Assembly (NCBI GenBank): GCA_013239625.1
Contig: MU053216.1
Coordinates: 1,762,943 to 1,826,942 of the forward strand
Direction of reading: 5' to 3'
DNA from: Lama guanicoe
Taxonomy: Eukaryota
DNA length: 64,000 bases
In this document: positions 35,445 to 48,765 of the stretch, piece after piece
How the letters are laid out: the number at the start of each line of letters is the position of its first letter
Position numbering within the stretch: position 1 is the first letter of the stretch
The notes under the pieces: generated by a model
The model's database searches: none
What the model saw: the letters and a program-made list of their open reading frames with translations, nothing else
What the model was told of the DNA's origin: nothing
Position numbers and translations under genes: made by a program

Positions 35445-37321
35445 CACTGCATTTTAAAGACCTAGCATGAGAAAAGGACCATAAGACCCTTTGTTAATGT
35501 TTCTTCTATCAACCACAAGGTGAAATAATAGAATTTTGAATTAAATATACGAGTAAAATTTCATGTGCTTCTCTACCTTTTAATGTGGCTGCAAGAAAAT
35601 GCAAACTTGGATGTGGCTGGTATGTTTCTGTCGGACCATCCGCTCTGGAACTCAGGGTGGCAGGGCGGGCGAGGCGACACGTACTCGCGCGTCTGTCTGT
35701 CCGTGGCGGGACAGAATCGCCTTCTTGAAATGTGGCTGGAGTTGGTCTGGCACTTTGAAGAGGTCCCCAGCTGGGATTCCACTGAGCCCCCCAGCGTGAG
35801 TCCGACACTGTCCGTAGGTTAGCGGGGAGTTTTGCTGAATCCATGACGCAGATGACAGACAGACACGAGGAACCAGAAGCACGTCTCGCGGAGCAGGCAG
35901 GTGGGAGCGCAGGCTCACTTTTCTCCAGGAGACGCTTTTTGTTGGTGCGTTCAATCTGCCTGTTCCTTGACGTTATGGAGAGTTTGCATTTGGGGCAGTT
36001 TTCCTCCGTGGGACTGAGGTTGACTGACCAGGCTCATCAGGGAATCTCAACATTCTGGGTGTAAAGGAAAAGGGGCTTGGACACTTCTATAAATGCCAAC
36101 GTTAAGTAAGCACAAGTAACATGCAAATGGGACCCCCGGGCCCCTAAGGTGGCTCCAGAGTGGAACAGCTGTGTGATGTCGCTCCTTTAACTGGTGCTGT
36201 GAGCGAGAACACAGCTGGTGTGGACTTTTAAAACTTCCTGCAGTGATCAACTGATCCTTGCTTGTCCCATCAGGCCCGGGGCCCTCCGTGGTGCGGACCG
36301 GAGGGTTGAGGGCCAGGGGCGAGGGCTGTGGGTGGAGCCCACGCTCTGCTTGCGTTCCCTGTCACTGGGGTGTCGACCGCTGTGGGAGAAGCGCTGCCTC
36401 TGTGGTTTAAGTCGAGGCACAATGAGCGTGAGCCAGAAAATCCAGCGGAAATGCAGTTACAAACGCTAGGGGCGGTCCAGGCGTCTGCTGACATCACCAG
36501 TCCTTCATTCGGCCCCTCGGGGTCCTTCTCCTTAGAAGGAAAAGAAGTAAGAGCCAGTGAGGGCTGGACCCTCAGGGCGGAGGGAAGAACCTTTGGTGAT
36601 GAATGGAAGCTCTCCATGGAAAATGCTTTATGTTACAGTTTCAAACTTACTTCACTGAGGGTTTCAGGCAAAACCTGCCCCTTTCTCCACGTGCCTTGCT
36701 TGCTCCTCCATCACCTGGCCCCTCGGGGTAGCAGAGGCCACTCTGGGAAATGTCCTAGACTGGTCCTAAAATCTGACTACGAGAAATAGTCAGGCCGGGT
36801 CAAGTCAAGAGAAATCAAGTAGGTGTTCATCCTGCTCACTCGGAAGAGTTAGCAAACACGAAATGTAAATGGTGTGTGTTCCCCAGGCACTGATAAACAA
36901 GTCTGTTTAGCAAAGGATCTGCTTTCTTCCAGTCACGGTGCTGATCCCCAGGCGTGAGCTCTCCCCACCTTCCTGCCTCCGTGACAGGTAAGTCTCCCTC
37001 CGCAGGTGCTGTGTGTCCTGGGAGCCAGAGGGCTGGACAGGCTGGCTCAGGCATCGGCTTTTACTTGCAGACAGCGGATGCTTTGCGTCTTCTGTGAGGG
37101 GAAGGAGGGCTGTGGAACTGTCCCATGGCCCCACGCCCTCCTGCCAGGAGCGGTTCTCACCCACGCCCGCACCTCCGGTAGCGTGAGAGCAGACAGCGTG
37201 TCTACTTGCATCTAGTGGTTTCCAAAATGAAGTGTGTGCACTGAGGGCCTGCAGAGCAAAATGTGAGCATGTCCTTGTCTATTTTTATCTCTTCTCCCTT
37301 CTACCTATTTTTGGCATAACT

Positions 37322-37442
37322 GGTTTTTTTTTGCTGAAGTCAGTTGCAATGTGTCCATTTCTGGTGCACAGCATCACATCTCAGTCATGCTACATACATT
37401 TATTCATTTCGTATTCTTTTTCATTAAAGGTTATTACAAGAT
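37322..37442 (-). mobile_element. L1 3' tail fragment
   Basis: tttgctgaagtcagttgcaatgtgtccatttctggtgcacagc...ttcattaaaggttattacaag. Confidence 0.75.
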
Positions 37443-37477
37443 GGCGTAAGTTTTGTACCATACCTCCTGTAGTCATC

Positions 37478-37802
37478 AAAGTTCACAATCCCTTGTCTAT
37501 AACCCTGGGATCAAAAAGCCCTGAAAGCCACGAGTTATTCTGTAGCTCATCCGTCGACCCCGCCTGAACTGACCAGAATGGATGTGTGGCTTTTTGTAGC
37601 TTTTATTGGGCACAGTTCGTGCGAGTTGTCAGCATCCTCATATGTTTCTCTGCAGAAGCCCTGCCGCCCTTGCTCACGGGGCGCTGCCCTGGGCGCCCGG
37701 GGATGTTACGTATTATCTGGTGGACGTACCTAGTACCTGGCTGAGATGGGAAACACTAAGCATGCTTGGTTCTGAGGATTCTGGATGAAGATTTGGGACC
37801 TG
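37478..37802. mobile_element. TcMar-Tigger (Tigger16-like) MITE
   Basis: Degenerate TIRs aagttcacaatcccttgtct ... ggatgaagatttgggacctg, with internal catatgtttctctgcagaa...ggcgctgccc...gatgttacgta. Confidence 0.6.
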
Positions 37803-38294
37803 GAGTTGTGTGTAATTTATAAATGAATGAATGTACAGAGGCGGAGGGTGCAGGCTCCTGCCAAGTCTTGTGATCAAAGGATCTTGGAGTCCACCGCACA
37901 GGCCGGCACCTCTGGTCTTGACCTCAGCTTGGCGTGGGCCTCCTGACTCACAGGGCTCCACGGCTGCTGACTACTGAGCCCCACCTGTCACACGCCTTAG
38001 GCCAAAGACAGCAGGGGGAAGAGCAGGTGAGATGCAAGCCACAGACAGAGAAGGAAAGGTTCTCCCCACCTTTTTAGGGACAGCCTCCCAGCTGAAGGGC
38101 CCGACTCGATGTTTCTTGGGATGGGGAACTCATGGCTGGATTCTAGAAATTAATATTTATTTTCTAGCCATGTGCAATATTATTTTTATAATACCAATTT
38201 TAAAGTCATTTTGTAAATAATGACTTTTTGACAATTAAGGGAAGCAGTTATGCAGGTTTGGAATCTGAGAGAAAGAGAGAGAGAAATGTGGGCC

Positions 38295-38840
38295 TAAAAA
38301 TGATGGATTAAGTCGAGATTTCCAATCTCCTGACTGTTGGATGTAATGATGAAATCACAGTAACACGAAGAATCAAATGAGGGACAAGAGTCTGACCAGG
38401 GCGCCAGTGTCCCTGGATGTCTCCCTTTAGTTTCCCTCAGCGTCTTCGTACGTTGTCACCGTATTTACTGTATACTCGTTGCCTTGAAAAATAAACTTGG
38501 TGCGATTCCGAAGGATTTTGCCAGTAAATTTGGCCTTTGCTGTTACGCCAAAGAGGCAGAGGTGTACATCGCATCCCCTCCGCCTGAGGGCTCGGACCGG
38601 ACGTGCACATCGTGGTGTTTACCCCGAGCAGCAGGACGGCCCTGCCGTGTTTGCTCCTGGAGTTTTTCGGTCGACTCTGGGGACACCGAGTGTCACTCTG
38701 ACTCCAGTAAGTAATGCCAGGGGCACAGGTAGATGGATCTGACAGCCCCGAGGACTAACAGCACCTCAGCCGCCTTTCTCCAACGAAGGCCATCCATCAG
38801 CGCTCGGCAGCTGCCGGAGCCTCAGAGGCTGACAAGGGAA
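38295..38840. promoter_or_regulatory. Candidate developmental enhancer with PBX-HOX and MEIS motifs
   Basis: TGATGGAT 38301, AGATGGAT 38730 next to TGACAG 38739, TGATGGATGG (minus) 38790-38799, in repeat-free sequence. Confidence 0.4.
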
Positions 38841-40098
38841 TAACACCCCTTTCTCTCCCACCGACAGGGGCAATAACTCCTCGCTCCCCGGGGACAGACT
38901 GTAAAAGCCAATATCCAGGGGCTGTGAAGCAGGGAGGGGAGAGGAATTGAAAATTAAAGAGGGAGTGGAAATTTTGCGTCCGGCCTTAGTGAGATGGAAT
39001 AAACCATCAAACTTCAGTCTCTTAATTGCCTTGTTGTTGACATGAGGGTTTGCGGGTGTTCGTTTTGATTGCTTAATTATTTTAAGCCGAGTATTAAAGT
39101 CATGGCCGTTTCATCAAGGTGGGTTTGTGCTTTGTCTTTATGCTTCAGCCGTGAATGCTGAAATAGGCTGATACTTAATATCTGGGTATTCTGGGAGTCC
39201 CCGTTGAAAAGCCTTTTCTGACGAGGTGTTTTAGAATCTTCCCCTGAAGGAAGACGCCTGAGCACCCCCGAGTGCTGACCGTGTCTGAGCTGATGTCTTC
39301 ATCCCCCTCGCACACCCACGTGTTTACCGCAGCGGAATGTGTCGGAGTTCAGTGTATGCGCATCACATACGATATTCTTCAACGGTTAAGAATTTCCATT
39401 TTCGAGTAACCTTCAAAATGACTTCAGTGCCGCGGGGACATCCGTCTTCTTCTGGCAACTGATGATAGACAGGTCGTTCTGAAGGTCTGTGGTTTCGGCG
39501 AGAGGTCCACGTTCACGGCATCACACGAGTAAATGAGTTTGGGGACCGAAACGTTGCTTTGCCTTCAATGCAGCCCGAAGAAAGATTTCACTCTTTAGAG
39601 AGCCACGCCGTTCGGAAACAGATGCCTTTGGCTGCCGCTGGCGTCACGAGAAATGCGCTTACTTAGTTTTTAAACCCGGGGTGGTGTTTAGTTAAGTCTC
39701 CTGTGGGCTCAGTTCACTGAAGGTGCCGGCACTCCTCGCCCGGGCTCGGGGAGAAGTCAGGCGACAGTAAATTTTTCAGGCAGCGACAGGAGATCTTGTT
39801 ATAGGAGTCAGAGCGGGGGTCAGGGCAGGGCCTGTTGATGATTGAGGAAAAGAGAAGTAAATTCATTCTACTTCAGGCACTTTGTCAAGTGCCAGTAGCT
39901 TACCATTGAGAACTAGTCACCCGTTCTGGTCTTACGGCCCTAGAGGTCACCCGCGGGGCATAAATCACAGCCCCGCGCGGGCGCAGCAGCCCATGGCCAC
40001 TCGGGATGAAATAAAAAAGAGGGATGCGGCTCTCGGAATGGAAACGGCTGTGAACGGCCCAACACATGTTGCTGCCGAGTGCGGCTGGCGGGGCGATA

Positions 40099-40326
40099 NN
40101 NNNNNNNNNNNNNNNNNNNNNNNNNNNNNNNNNNNNNNNNNNNNNNNNNNNNNNNNNNNNNNNNNNNNNNNNNNNNNNNNNNNNNNNNNNNNNNNNNNNN
40201 NNNNNNNNNNNNNNNNNNNNNNNNNNNNNNNNNNNNNNNNNNNNNNNNNNNNNNNNNNNNNNNNNNNNNNNNNNNNNNNNNNNNNNNNNNNNNNNNNNNN
40301 NNNNNNNNNNNNNNNNNNNNNNNNNN
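40099..40326. other. Assembly gap (N run)
   Basis: Run of N. Confidence 1.
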
Positions 40327-41579
40327 CACACAGCCACGCTTCGCGTTCTGCAGCCTTGCATAATGAATGGGGCACGAGAGGGGACACAACGTCTTCATCA
40401 GCAGAATTAGCGTCTTCGCTGTTTTAAAGACTCGGTGACATTACATTTTTATGGTACAGATGCCTCTGAGCTGTTGGCTTCCTCCTACCACTGCATTTGA
40501 TCAAAATGTGCTTTTTATGTTTTGCTTTAATTTTTCGAGTGTCTAATGAGTTGCTGGGTTTGTTTCCGAGGTAGCAAATATTTAAACACATTTTTGTATG
40601 GAAAACTGAGGAATCAAATGAGGCTCTTCCAGTGCTTATGCAGATGAAGTCATGAATATTAACACGGTCCCACTTAACATGTTAAACTCCCCTCAAAAAT
40701 ATCTTCAATATGATGCTAGGAAATATGCTACTGCTGGTTTCAGGGACCTGCGTGCAATATGACCATTTAGGACTGTGCTCTTTTGAAGACTATGTTCTAT
40801 TAATTTATAAGCCCACTTTCTCCCATTGTAAGAGTGTTGTATTTTAAAAATTAGAAATGCTCAATGATAATTTGTAAAATCAGAGGCAAATAATATTCAC
40901 ATTTTTGAGAAACTGATGATCTCTCCATTAATGCCGGTTGTCATGGATCTTGATTTAACTGTCACTTCATTGATACAGGCGATGAGGTGGGGCTTTCTCA
41001 TTTTTGTAGAACACACGGAGTTTAAGTGGCTGAAGTTAGATGTCCAGCTCTCTGGGGTTGGTGTCTGTGGGCAGCAAGGCGCTCACACTGCCCGGGTTCA
41101 CGGGCACGGAAGAGCTTCGAGAGGTCATCCGTCCAGTCCCCAGCTGCCTAAGTAGCTGTTTAAAAATGCACAATTTTTCATTAGTCTAGAGTTTTAAAAA
41201 GCAGTAATGACTCTATAAATGTATTATTTACAACGTTCTGATCATGTATATCTAACTGGAGCTGTTGGACTTTGAAATGATAAGTTTGTTATAAATCTCA
41301 ACTTCTCTTAGTAAAATGTTTTATGGTTTACAAAGTGTTTTTCCATTTACATTCCTTCCTTTGATCAGCGATGAAACTTTACATCTTAAAAAAGGCTTTA
41401 TGACTTTTCTATCCTCTGGCTCAGCTTCCTCGGCTGACTTCACAGTACTTACAGGCTCCAGTTACCTGAATGGCTGTGGCTTCGCAGCCTCTGTCACGTG
41501 CAGCTTCCGGAAGGCGGACGTGAGCCCTGAACTGTTACTCGTGTTTTGTAGGTGAAGGGAACCACAAAGTTCACAGAGT

Positions 41580-41696
41580 TCTTGTTTTTCTTCTTCTTCT
41601 TAATTTACTTTTATGTTTCAGGGAGGTACTGGAGACTGAACCCAGGACCTCACGCATGCTAAGCATGTGCTCTACCACTGAGCTGGACCCTCCCCT
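41580..41696 (-). mobile_element. Vic-1-type SINE (short form)
   Basis: ggaggtactggagactgaacccaggacctcacgcatgctaagcatgtgctctaccactgagctggaccctcccc. Confidence 0.9.
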
Positions 41697-41869
41697 GGAG
41701 ATCGGAGGTTCAGACAAAAGCTTCAGTATAATTTGCTAGTACTAATATTTAACCCCCTCTTTCTAATGAGTCTATTTAGTAATTGTGCTCTATCAACCAC
41801 CTAAGCAAAATGCTATAAATAATAAATGTAGAATAGTTTTTGCAGGATCTTAGAATTCTAATGTTAGAA

Positions 41870-42316
41870 AGTTTTCTGTTTATTTCTGCATAACAAACGA
41901 CCCCCAAACTTAATCATCTCAAACAAAGAAATCATGAATTTTGTTCAGGCATCTTCCCTTTGGGCTGAGTTCACTGGCTGGACCAAGGGCTGGAGGGTCT
42001 ACCTTCAAGGTGGCTCACTCAGCTGGAAACTCAGCCAGGGCTGTGGGCCTCCCCGGAGGCTGCTGGGTGATGTTCCAGCTTGGTGGCCCGGTTCCAAGAG
42101 CGAGTGTCCTAGGAGAAGAAGGCAGATTTAAAAATTCTCGCCTTGGGAGTCACAGCAACCCTGTGTCACACTCTTGGTTGAAGCAGTCACGAAGGTCTAC
42201 TCAGGCTCAAAGAGAGGGACACAGACTGCACCCTTGAAGGAAGGAGCATCAGGTCATGTGTCAGAGCTTGTGGAGTGAGAGATGGTGCAGCCAGTGTTGG
42301 ATGATAGTTTGCCACA
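41870..42316 (-). mobile_element. MaLR LTR (MLT1F/H-like)
   Basis: gcataacaaacgacccccaaactta...tcaaggtggctcactc...gccttgggagtcaca...tttgccaca. Confidence 0.75.
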
Positions 42317-45104
42317 GAAACCATTTGTTCAGTCCCTTGTATAATGTATTTTATTTGGGGTGTGATTTAACTTGAGAGAGGTGAAGTGGAAAAGCAAACA
42401 AGATTCTAAGAATTCAACTATAGTTCTCCTTTAAACAGCATACTATAAGTTGACTTTTGTTTCAGAAAAAAAGGGCATAAAGACAGGCCCTTAAGGGGTC
42501 AGTGAGTGTCAAAGCACTTTGGCGTCTATAATCTATAATGTTAGAGTCAGTGGGAAGTAAAAACCATGAATTAAAAACATCCTGACAATTGTTTAGCCAG
42601 TGTCTGCCACACCACCCTCTGCAAACCAGTTAGGTTCTGATAAAAAGAAGCCACATGGTTTCCAAAAATTCTAACTGTTTTGTCAGTTTTTGTTGCTGTT
42701 GTCTGCCGTCACATAGAAACCCGTTTGCCGTGGGGCGCGGGTTTGAGGTTTGCGGCAAGCCCAGACGGCTGCATCGTGGCCTTATGTGTCCAAGATCTTT
42801 AATAAGAGCTCTCTCATCCACTCGGTGAATATATATTGTGTTTTTATCACGCGGCAGCCGCTGTTACGGGCACTTGGAAAGTTATTCTCAGAGCTGTACT
42901 TCCAGTGTACACAATAATGAATATATAAATTTCGTTTAATAGATATAATACTGTGTGCTTTTCTCTTGAACCATGGAGTAGGGGTTCCTTGTTTAATCTG
43001 TAACTGTGAAAAGAATTAGAGAGAAAGCCCATTTTTAGAAGCCATTGGAAGGTTTATTCTAGTTTTGGTCATAATTAATCCACAAGTATAACATAGAATG
43101 TTTGGTGTAAGTTGTCCAAAGGCACAGAGCTCTCTTAAAGCAAAACTTCTTTAGTGTTTATTAATGTATTTGTAAACACAGTATTTGTGGGTCCTTAACT
43201 GTCACCGTAACAACTTCACGTAATCAAATTTTCAGTATCCTTGTTCTAATAACTTCCCAGCCCGCTTGTTGAAATACATTACACTGTATTCCCTGTGACA
43301 TCTTTGCAGGCGCGGTCTCGTCTAACCCCTCAAAGAGCTGTGTGACGGGGTGTCATAGCCCCGTTTCACACGTGAGTCTGTCTGGCTCCCATCGTTTCTT
43401 CTTTTCCTGCAGACTTTTCCAGACTTGAATCTTGCCCCCGAGATAAGGGACAGTGCAACAGTGTGGTCCCTGATGGAACCCCGTGCTGCCTGAATCATGT
43501 ATCCAGGTCTCCATAAATCACAGATTTCACTCCTGCCTAGAATTTCCGCCCCTCGTTTCTACTATTCACGGAGATTTGGCCGTGCTCCAAACACAAGAGG
43601 GTATCATTGCGTTTCCCACGTGAACAATCTTGAGATCAAGTCATTACATACTCTGCATCTCGTTTCTCTGTCTTGTGCAGAAAAGTGAAATTCCATTTAT
43701 TGAGCCTTTTTTTTTAACCTGACATAGTAGAAGAGAAAACAAGAAACGGAGCCGTGTTTTCATCCCAGGCACTTAGGACTCCACAACCCACATCCCCCTG
43801 TGTCGCCAGGCGACAGCGACAGCGGTGGGTGCAAGGGAAGTGCGTGCTGAGCAGCTCACAGAGGTTCCGATAAAGCCAAGCGGCTGGAGAGGGAGTCGAG
43901 AAGGTGTCTCAGCCCGCCCTTGCTCTGCGGGTCTCGGGCTGTGCTTGCAAACGAGAACCATCCTGCGTCATCGCAGGTCCAGCGGGAGGTTCGTGCAGCA
44001 TCGGGTCCAGCAGGAGGAGGCGGCTTTGCGTTAAGGGGTGCACAGAGGTGCGCGCTTTCGCGCGTCCCCCGCCGGCTTGTGCAGGTGGAGGATAATGTGC
44101 TTTTAAGGGCTCATCTCTCCTCTTCAGGTCACTAGTGGCGTCGTGTTTGTGGGCGAGGCTTTCCAGGGATGTGCCAAGGGCTGGTTTGTCAGGCACGGTG
44201 CACGTGAAACCAGCAGGGCCTGCGTCCTCCCGGGGCCCCTTTATTCCTCCCCGGGTTGAAGACCATTCCCGGCAGCCCGAGCTGCCTGGAAGAACTTTGG
44301 CATGGTTTCCCTAATCTTTCAAACAGTAAAAGCAAAACTCTCCTTTGATTTTTTTTTAAAAAAAAGCCAGAGGACTCTGGCACGCAGCCACTAAGGATGC
44401 AGGCGACTCAGCTCTGATCTGACAGAACATTCCACAAAACACTGAGAGTTCTCTCCCAGGTCCCCGGGCGGGCGAGGCACTTAGCTTGTTCTTAACATTT
44501 ATCAACTGTCAGCCGGCGGCAGTCAGCGCTCAGCCCAACACAATGGAACATCCAGATGGTCTAAACAAAGCAGCAAACTTCGCTGCTATTGCAAGCTGTT
44601 TACATCCATTTCCAGGATTTCATGGAGTGAAGTCTATGTCGTGTCACCACCGAGGTGCTCAGTCCGCAGCGAGGACGGGCCTTCTGTAAACCGCTGCTGG
44701 GCGCCCTCACCTAGCGGAGGTGAACCTGGACAGTGAGCTAGGAGGCGAAAAATGTCAGCCGGTCCTGTCGCCGCAGACGTCCTAAGTGGCTTGCCGCCAG
44801 TTCCGTTTTATTGATCATCGATTGCGGCCTCGGCCCCAGACCCAATAAAAACACAGCAGACCCTCTCCTCCCGTGGGCGGGTGCTGGGGGTGGATGGATG
44901 GAAGCCCGCTATCTGCGCCTGCAGACGCGGCCTCTGGGCCGCGTTGGCTCCTCGCTGGGGATGTTTACGCAGTGAATGGTTTTGTTTTTTCCTCTGAGAC
45001 GGGCTGCTATCAGGCCCTGTCTGTTGGGGATTAATACGCACGAGTGACAAACCTGCACTTTTCTGTCTTCTCCCTTTGACCTCTTTATGGCGTCTCCCTT
45101 ACAG

Positions 45105-45150
45105 AGTCCAGACGCGCCGCCCCTGTTGTGCAGCCGTCAGTACCAGTGCT
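45105..45150 (+). other. Candidate 46-nt plus-strand exon (probably non-coding)
   Basis: ~45-nt pyrimidine tract ending cccttacag| and donor GCT|gtaagg. Confidence 0.3.
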
Positions 45151-48100
45151 GTAAGGAAGGATGTCCAGCTTCTTGTTAAGAAGAATCTGGAAAACCTGTC
45201 CCCCTACTCAAGTTTGTTAATCACCACCAATTTCTCTCATCCTAGCATACTTGAAAAATGAGTGAATACAAAAAACATACGGTTTATTAATTTGTGCTAA
45301 AATTCAAACTGTTGCAATAACAGAAAAAGCCCTTTCAGTGCAAGTTCAATCATTAACTTGAATAACTGTTTTCTATACAAGTAGATCATTGTAACAGTTT
45401 GATATCATATTTGGGTTAAGTTTTATGCGTTTAAAAACAATTAGCCATTATTTGTGTCGCTTGTAAGTTACTGTGTTGCAAGCTTTCTGACTTGTTTTTA
45501 AAGATGGGGAGCTCATAGATGATTGAGCTCAGATGTTTCAGAAACTGTGACTCGTTGGCTTGTTTTCTTCAGAAATCACCTCTAAGTTAAGATCAAGATG
45601 GGAATGGAATGATGTCACAGGAGATGACACAGAACTGAGTTTTACTGATGGTTTGTGATGTCCTCAAAGCAAGATTGATGTGGGGTTGTTAGGAACTCAG
45701 TGAAGACAGGCTCCCCTGTCCTGCAGGGAAACACTCTCATCTTCGCAATTGTCCTGATAGATCAGATCATGTTGAGAAATTTGATAAGGAACAGGTTTTT
45801 ATCTCCTGGATTCTTATAGGGTGATAGACTGTCTTTACCTTATCCTATGAAACTCAAAGTTTTAGGCTCCCAGGTTTAAGACCAAAGGAAAAGATATTGT
45901 CCATGAAAAGTTAATCTAGAACAAAATATTTCACATATGCGATGTTACTAACACTGAAACGTGAAGGTCCTCCCTACAGAGCTCTGGAGAGGTTGAAACT
46001 TTTCGCTGATAACAGTTTGGTCAAACGCCATTTCAGGAAGGCAGCATGAGGGCGGTGGAACATCATATGCGCCTCTGTCCTTTGGATTAGGGAGATCATT
46101 TGATTGGCTGTAGTATGTGTGATGTTCTTGTAGACGTCTCAGAGTGATTGGATTTTTGGAAAATCAGAGATAGTGCAGATGTGGGATGAAACTGTCAGAA
46201 AGCACGAGTGTGGGTCTGTGCCCAGGGCTGAGCACGTGCCCCACCCGGGTGAGCCCCTCCCGGCTGCCTGTCGGTCCAAACGCGGCTGCTGTTTCCTGTT
46301 TATCCGACGCTGAGTCCGCATCCGGGAGCCCCCTTCAGTGGCAGGCTTTTCCTTACACCCCAGGAGATCTCTTCCTTAAAATGGCTCACTATTTATCATG
46401 TGAGTAAGCCATCGGAATTTTGTTAATTCCTGTTTGACTTGGTGCGTGCAAAATGCTATCATTATCTGGGAGAAGATAATGTTACCTTGTAACTGTTACC
46501 CAGAGTACTAATTAAGTGACCTTTGCAAAACAAACCTGGTCAGGGAGTCCAGGGAAGAGCGGAGATGGAGGCCAAGTTTGTTCCCTTCCCGGCGTTTGGG
46601 TCTATCACCTGAGGGGAACAGCAGTTAAAGCCGGTCTCATTACTGGAGGAAGTGCTGGCACTTGGTCTTGACTAATGTGGTCAGAGCTGGGAATTCTCTG
46701 TAGCTGCAGCCAGATGCTGAGTGAGCTGCAGTGCAGCCCGCGTGGCCCCCAGTCGTTCTGCCTCCTTCCACCTCCCGCATATCCCAGTTTCCCGTTCTTT
46801 TTCATCAACACTTGGAGAGAGGATGATACACTACTTCACACTCAAGTGTACATGGCAGTTTGCTCAAGAGCCGACCTTTCCCAGGGCTATTTGTATTTTA
46901 AAATACAATAAAATTCTAAGCTAAGAAAATAAACTCTGGAATTTTAGGCTTCAGTTAATTCAGCAGGAATTGGGGTGGGGGGCGTGAAGAAACTTCCCAG
47001 TGCCCCCGTAATCATATCAACTAATGAATTGTTTACTCAAAGCCAGACCTACGCTGTGCTCTCCTGTGTTTATTAGATGACAGCAGGCTTTTAAAAAAAA
47101 ATTCAAATTTAGATACAGTCCGAGCTTAGTCTTATGTGTGAGATGCTGCACCCCTGAGTTGTCTATTTCTCCTCCTGAAATGTTCTGATGATTTTGTTTA
47201 ATTCAGAAAGGATACCTTATTTTTATGTTCTTTTATTTCTCCTAAAATATGCTGAATTTTCATTTCTGAATTTCACAAAATCATTTTTATGAATGTTATA
47301 TTCTTCTTAAAATTTTATTGGCTTTTGGAAATTGCCCATTTTTAAACAAGAAGCTGAAATGCTATCCCAGTTTCTAATTTTCCCCTGCTCACTTACTCCT
47401 GTAAGCAGGCCATAGATGTCACTCAGGTATCTGGGGGATGAAAGCATAAAATGTGTAAAATAAATGGTGATAAGTTCTTATTGAAAAGCTGGTAAAAAAT
47501 GAACGTTCTGATTGAGGATGGTTGCTTATTAATGCTTTGGATTCTGTAGCATTTGCAATATTTATTTGTAGCTTCTGTCTTAATTATTACACCAAGAGAA
47601 ATATTTTTGCTTTGCAGTAATTGAGGGAGAAATCTTTCAACACATCATACTCTGATTTATAAAAGAGCACAAGATTAAAGTTGGGAAGATTGGATTAATC
47701 TGACACCAGGTCCCCTACAGCACAGCTGATATACAGTGTGATAACAGGAAGCACGTAGTAAAAAGTCAAGGGAGTGTATCCAACTATGGTTTAAAAAAAA
47801 AATACCAAAGACTCGGTGGCTTTGCATAGAATTAAGAATACAGCAATTATGTATCTGATTAGGGCTGAAATACACCCAGGGCTGAATATAAGGTCCTGTG
47901 GGGTTGAAAATCTTGCAGCTGGAATATTATTGCCCTTTTGTCGCTGACTTTCTTGGGCCTTGGGCAGGTGGCTAGTAACCAGGTCTTGTGATCGGTAAGG
48001 GGTCTTCTAGCTCTGACACTGTGTGACTTGGTTACTTTCTCAGATTACTCCCCCTCATCTTTAGATGTACACACACTCTTCCCAAACGTCCTTCCGGTAC

Positions 48101-48623
48101 CAAGTTTCCTGTTACCAACAGCTTGGAACGATTTACATTTAGAATCCTGGGCAATATTGCTTACCTATGCCCCCCCTTCTTTTTTCCTTAAAGAAAATTG
48201 TCATGAATTGTCTTCGTTCTGTGTTACACGGTTAATTGGTTAAAAGGCAGTAGGAATTCAGTGCCTAAGCAAGGACTCCACAATCAGCCGTATTTGTAAA
48301 CACAGCTTCATAAAGATCGGCCAGGAGATGCTGTTGGCCATAGAACGACTAAACATTAAATTCCCAGGGAATCGTGCGCATGTTCTGCGACACACCTGCA
48401 CGCGTTGCAGCCCTCGCCGAAGGAGCGTCCGTGTGAGCCTCTTCCCCGTGGTAATCAAGGTGGAAGCCGGAGAAAAATCACGTTCCCTTCGGAGAGCGCG
48501 TGGAGGTGGGCTGAGCGGGTTTAGAAGACCAGCCTGCTGGGTCCGTTTCTTCCTAGGATTCTGTCATCTCGACTAAATTTGGCTTTCCCATTTCACTGCC
48601 AAGATGTTTGTTGACTTTTTTCT

Positions 48624-48765
48624 TTTTTTTTAAATTTTATTGCCACTTTATTTTGGGGAGTATAATTGTGTTTATTTATTTACTTATTTTAACAGCAGGT
48701 CCTGGGGATTGAACCCGGGTGCTTGCTAATAAGCACACGCTCCACCCCTCAGCTGTACCCTCCTT
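48624..48765 (-). mobile_element. Vic-1-type SINE with TSD
   Basis: ctggggattgaacccggg...ctcagctgtaccctcc. TSD TGACTTTTTTCT at 48612-48623 and 48771-48782. Confidence 0.85.

Larger units (their letters stand above)
34870..35645. mobile_element. hAT-Charlie (Charlie1/MER33-like) DNA transposon remnant containing two nested retroposons
   Basis: ggaaaacttttaagt...tgaatctac | aaattttatgaaacctaaatac...taaaatacacac | ...taatgtggctgcaagaaaat...tgtggct...tttctgtcggac. Confidence 0.7.

Noticed and set aside
38345-38395. Possible C/D-box snoRNA (ATGATGA...CTGA)
   Set aside because: Only ~50 nt between the boxes, no terminal stem, and no recognisable guide.
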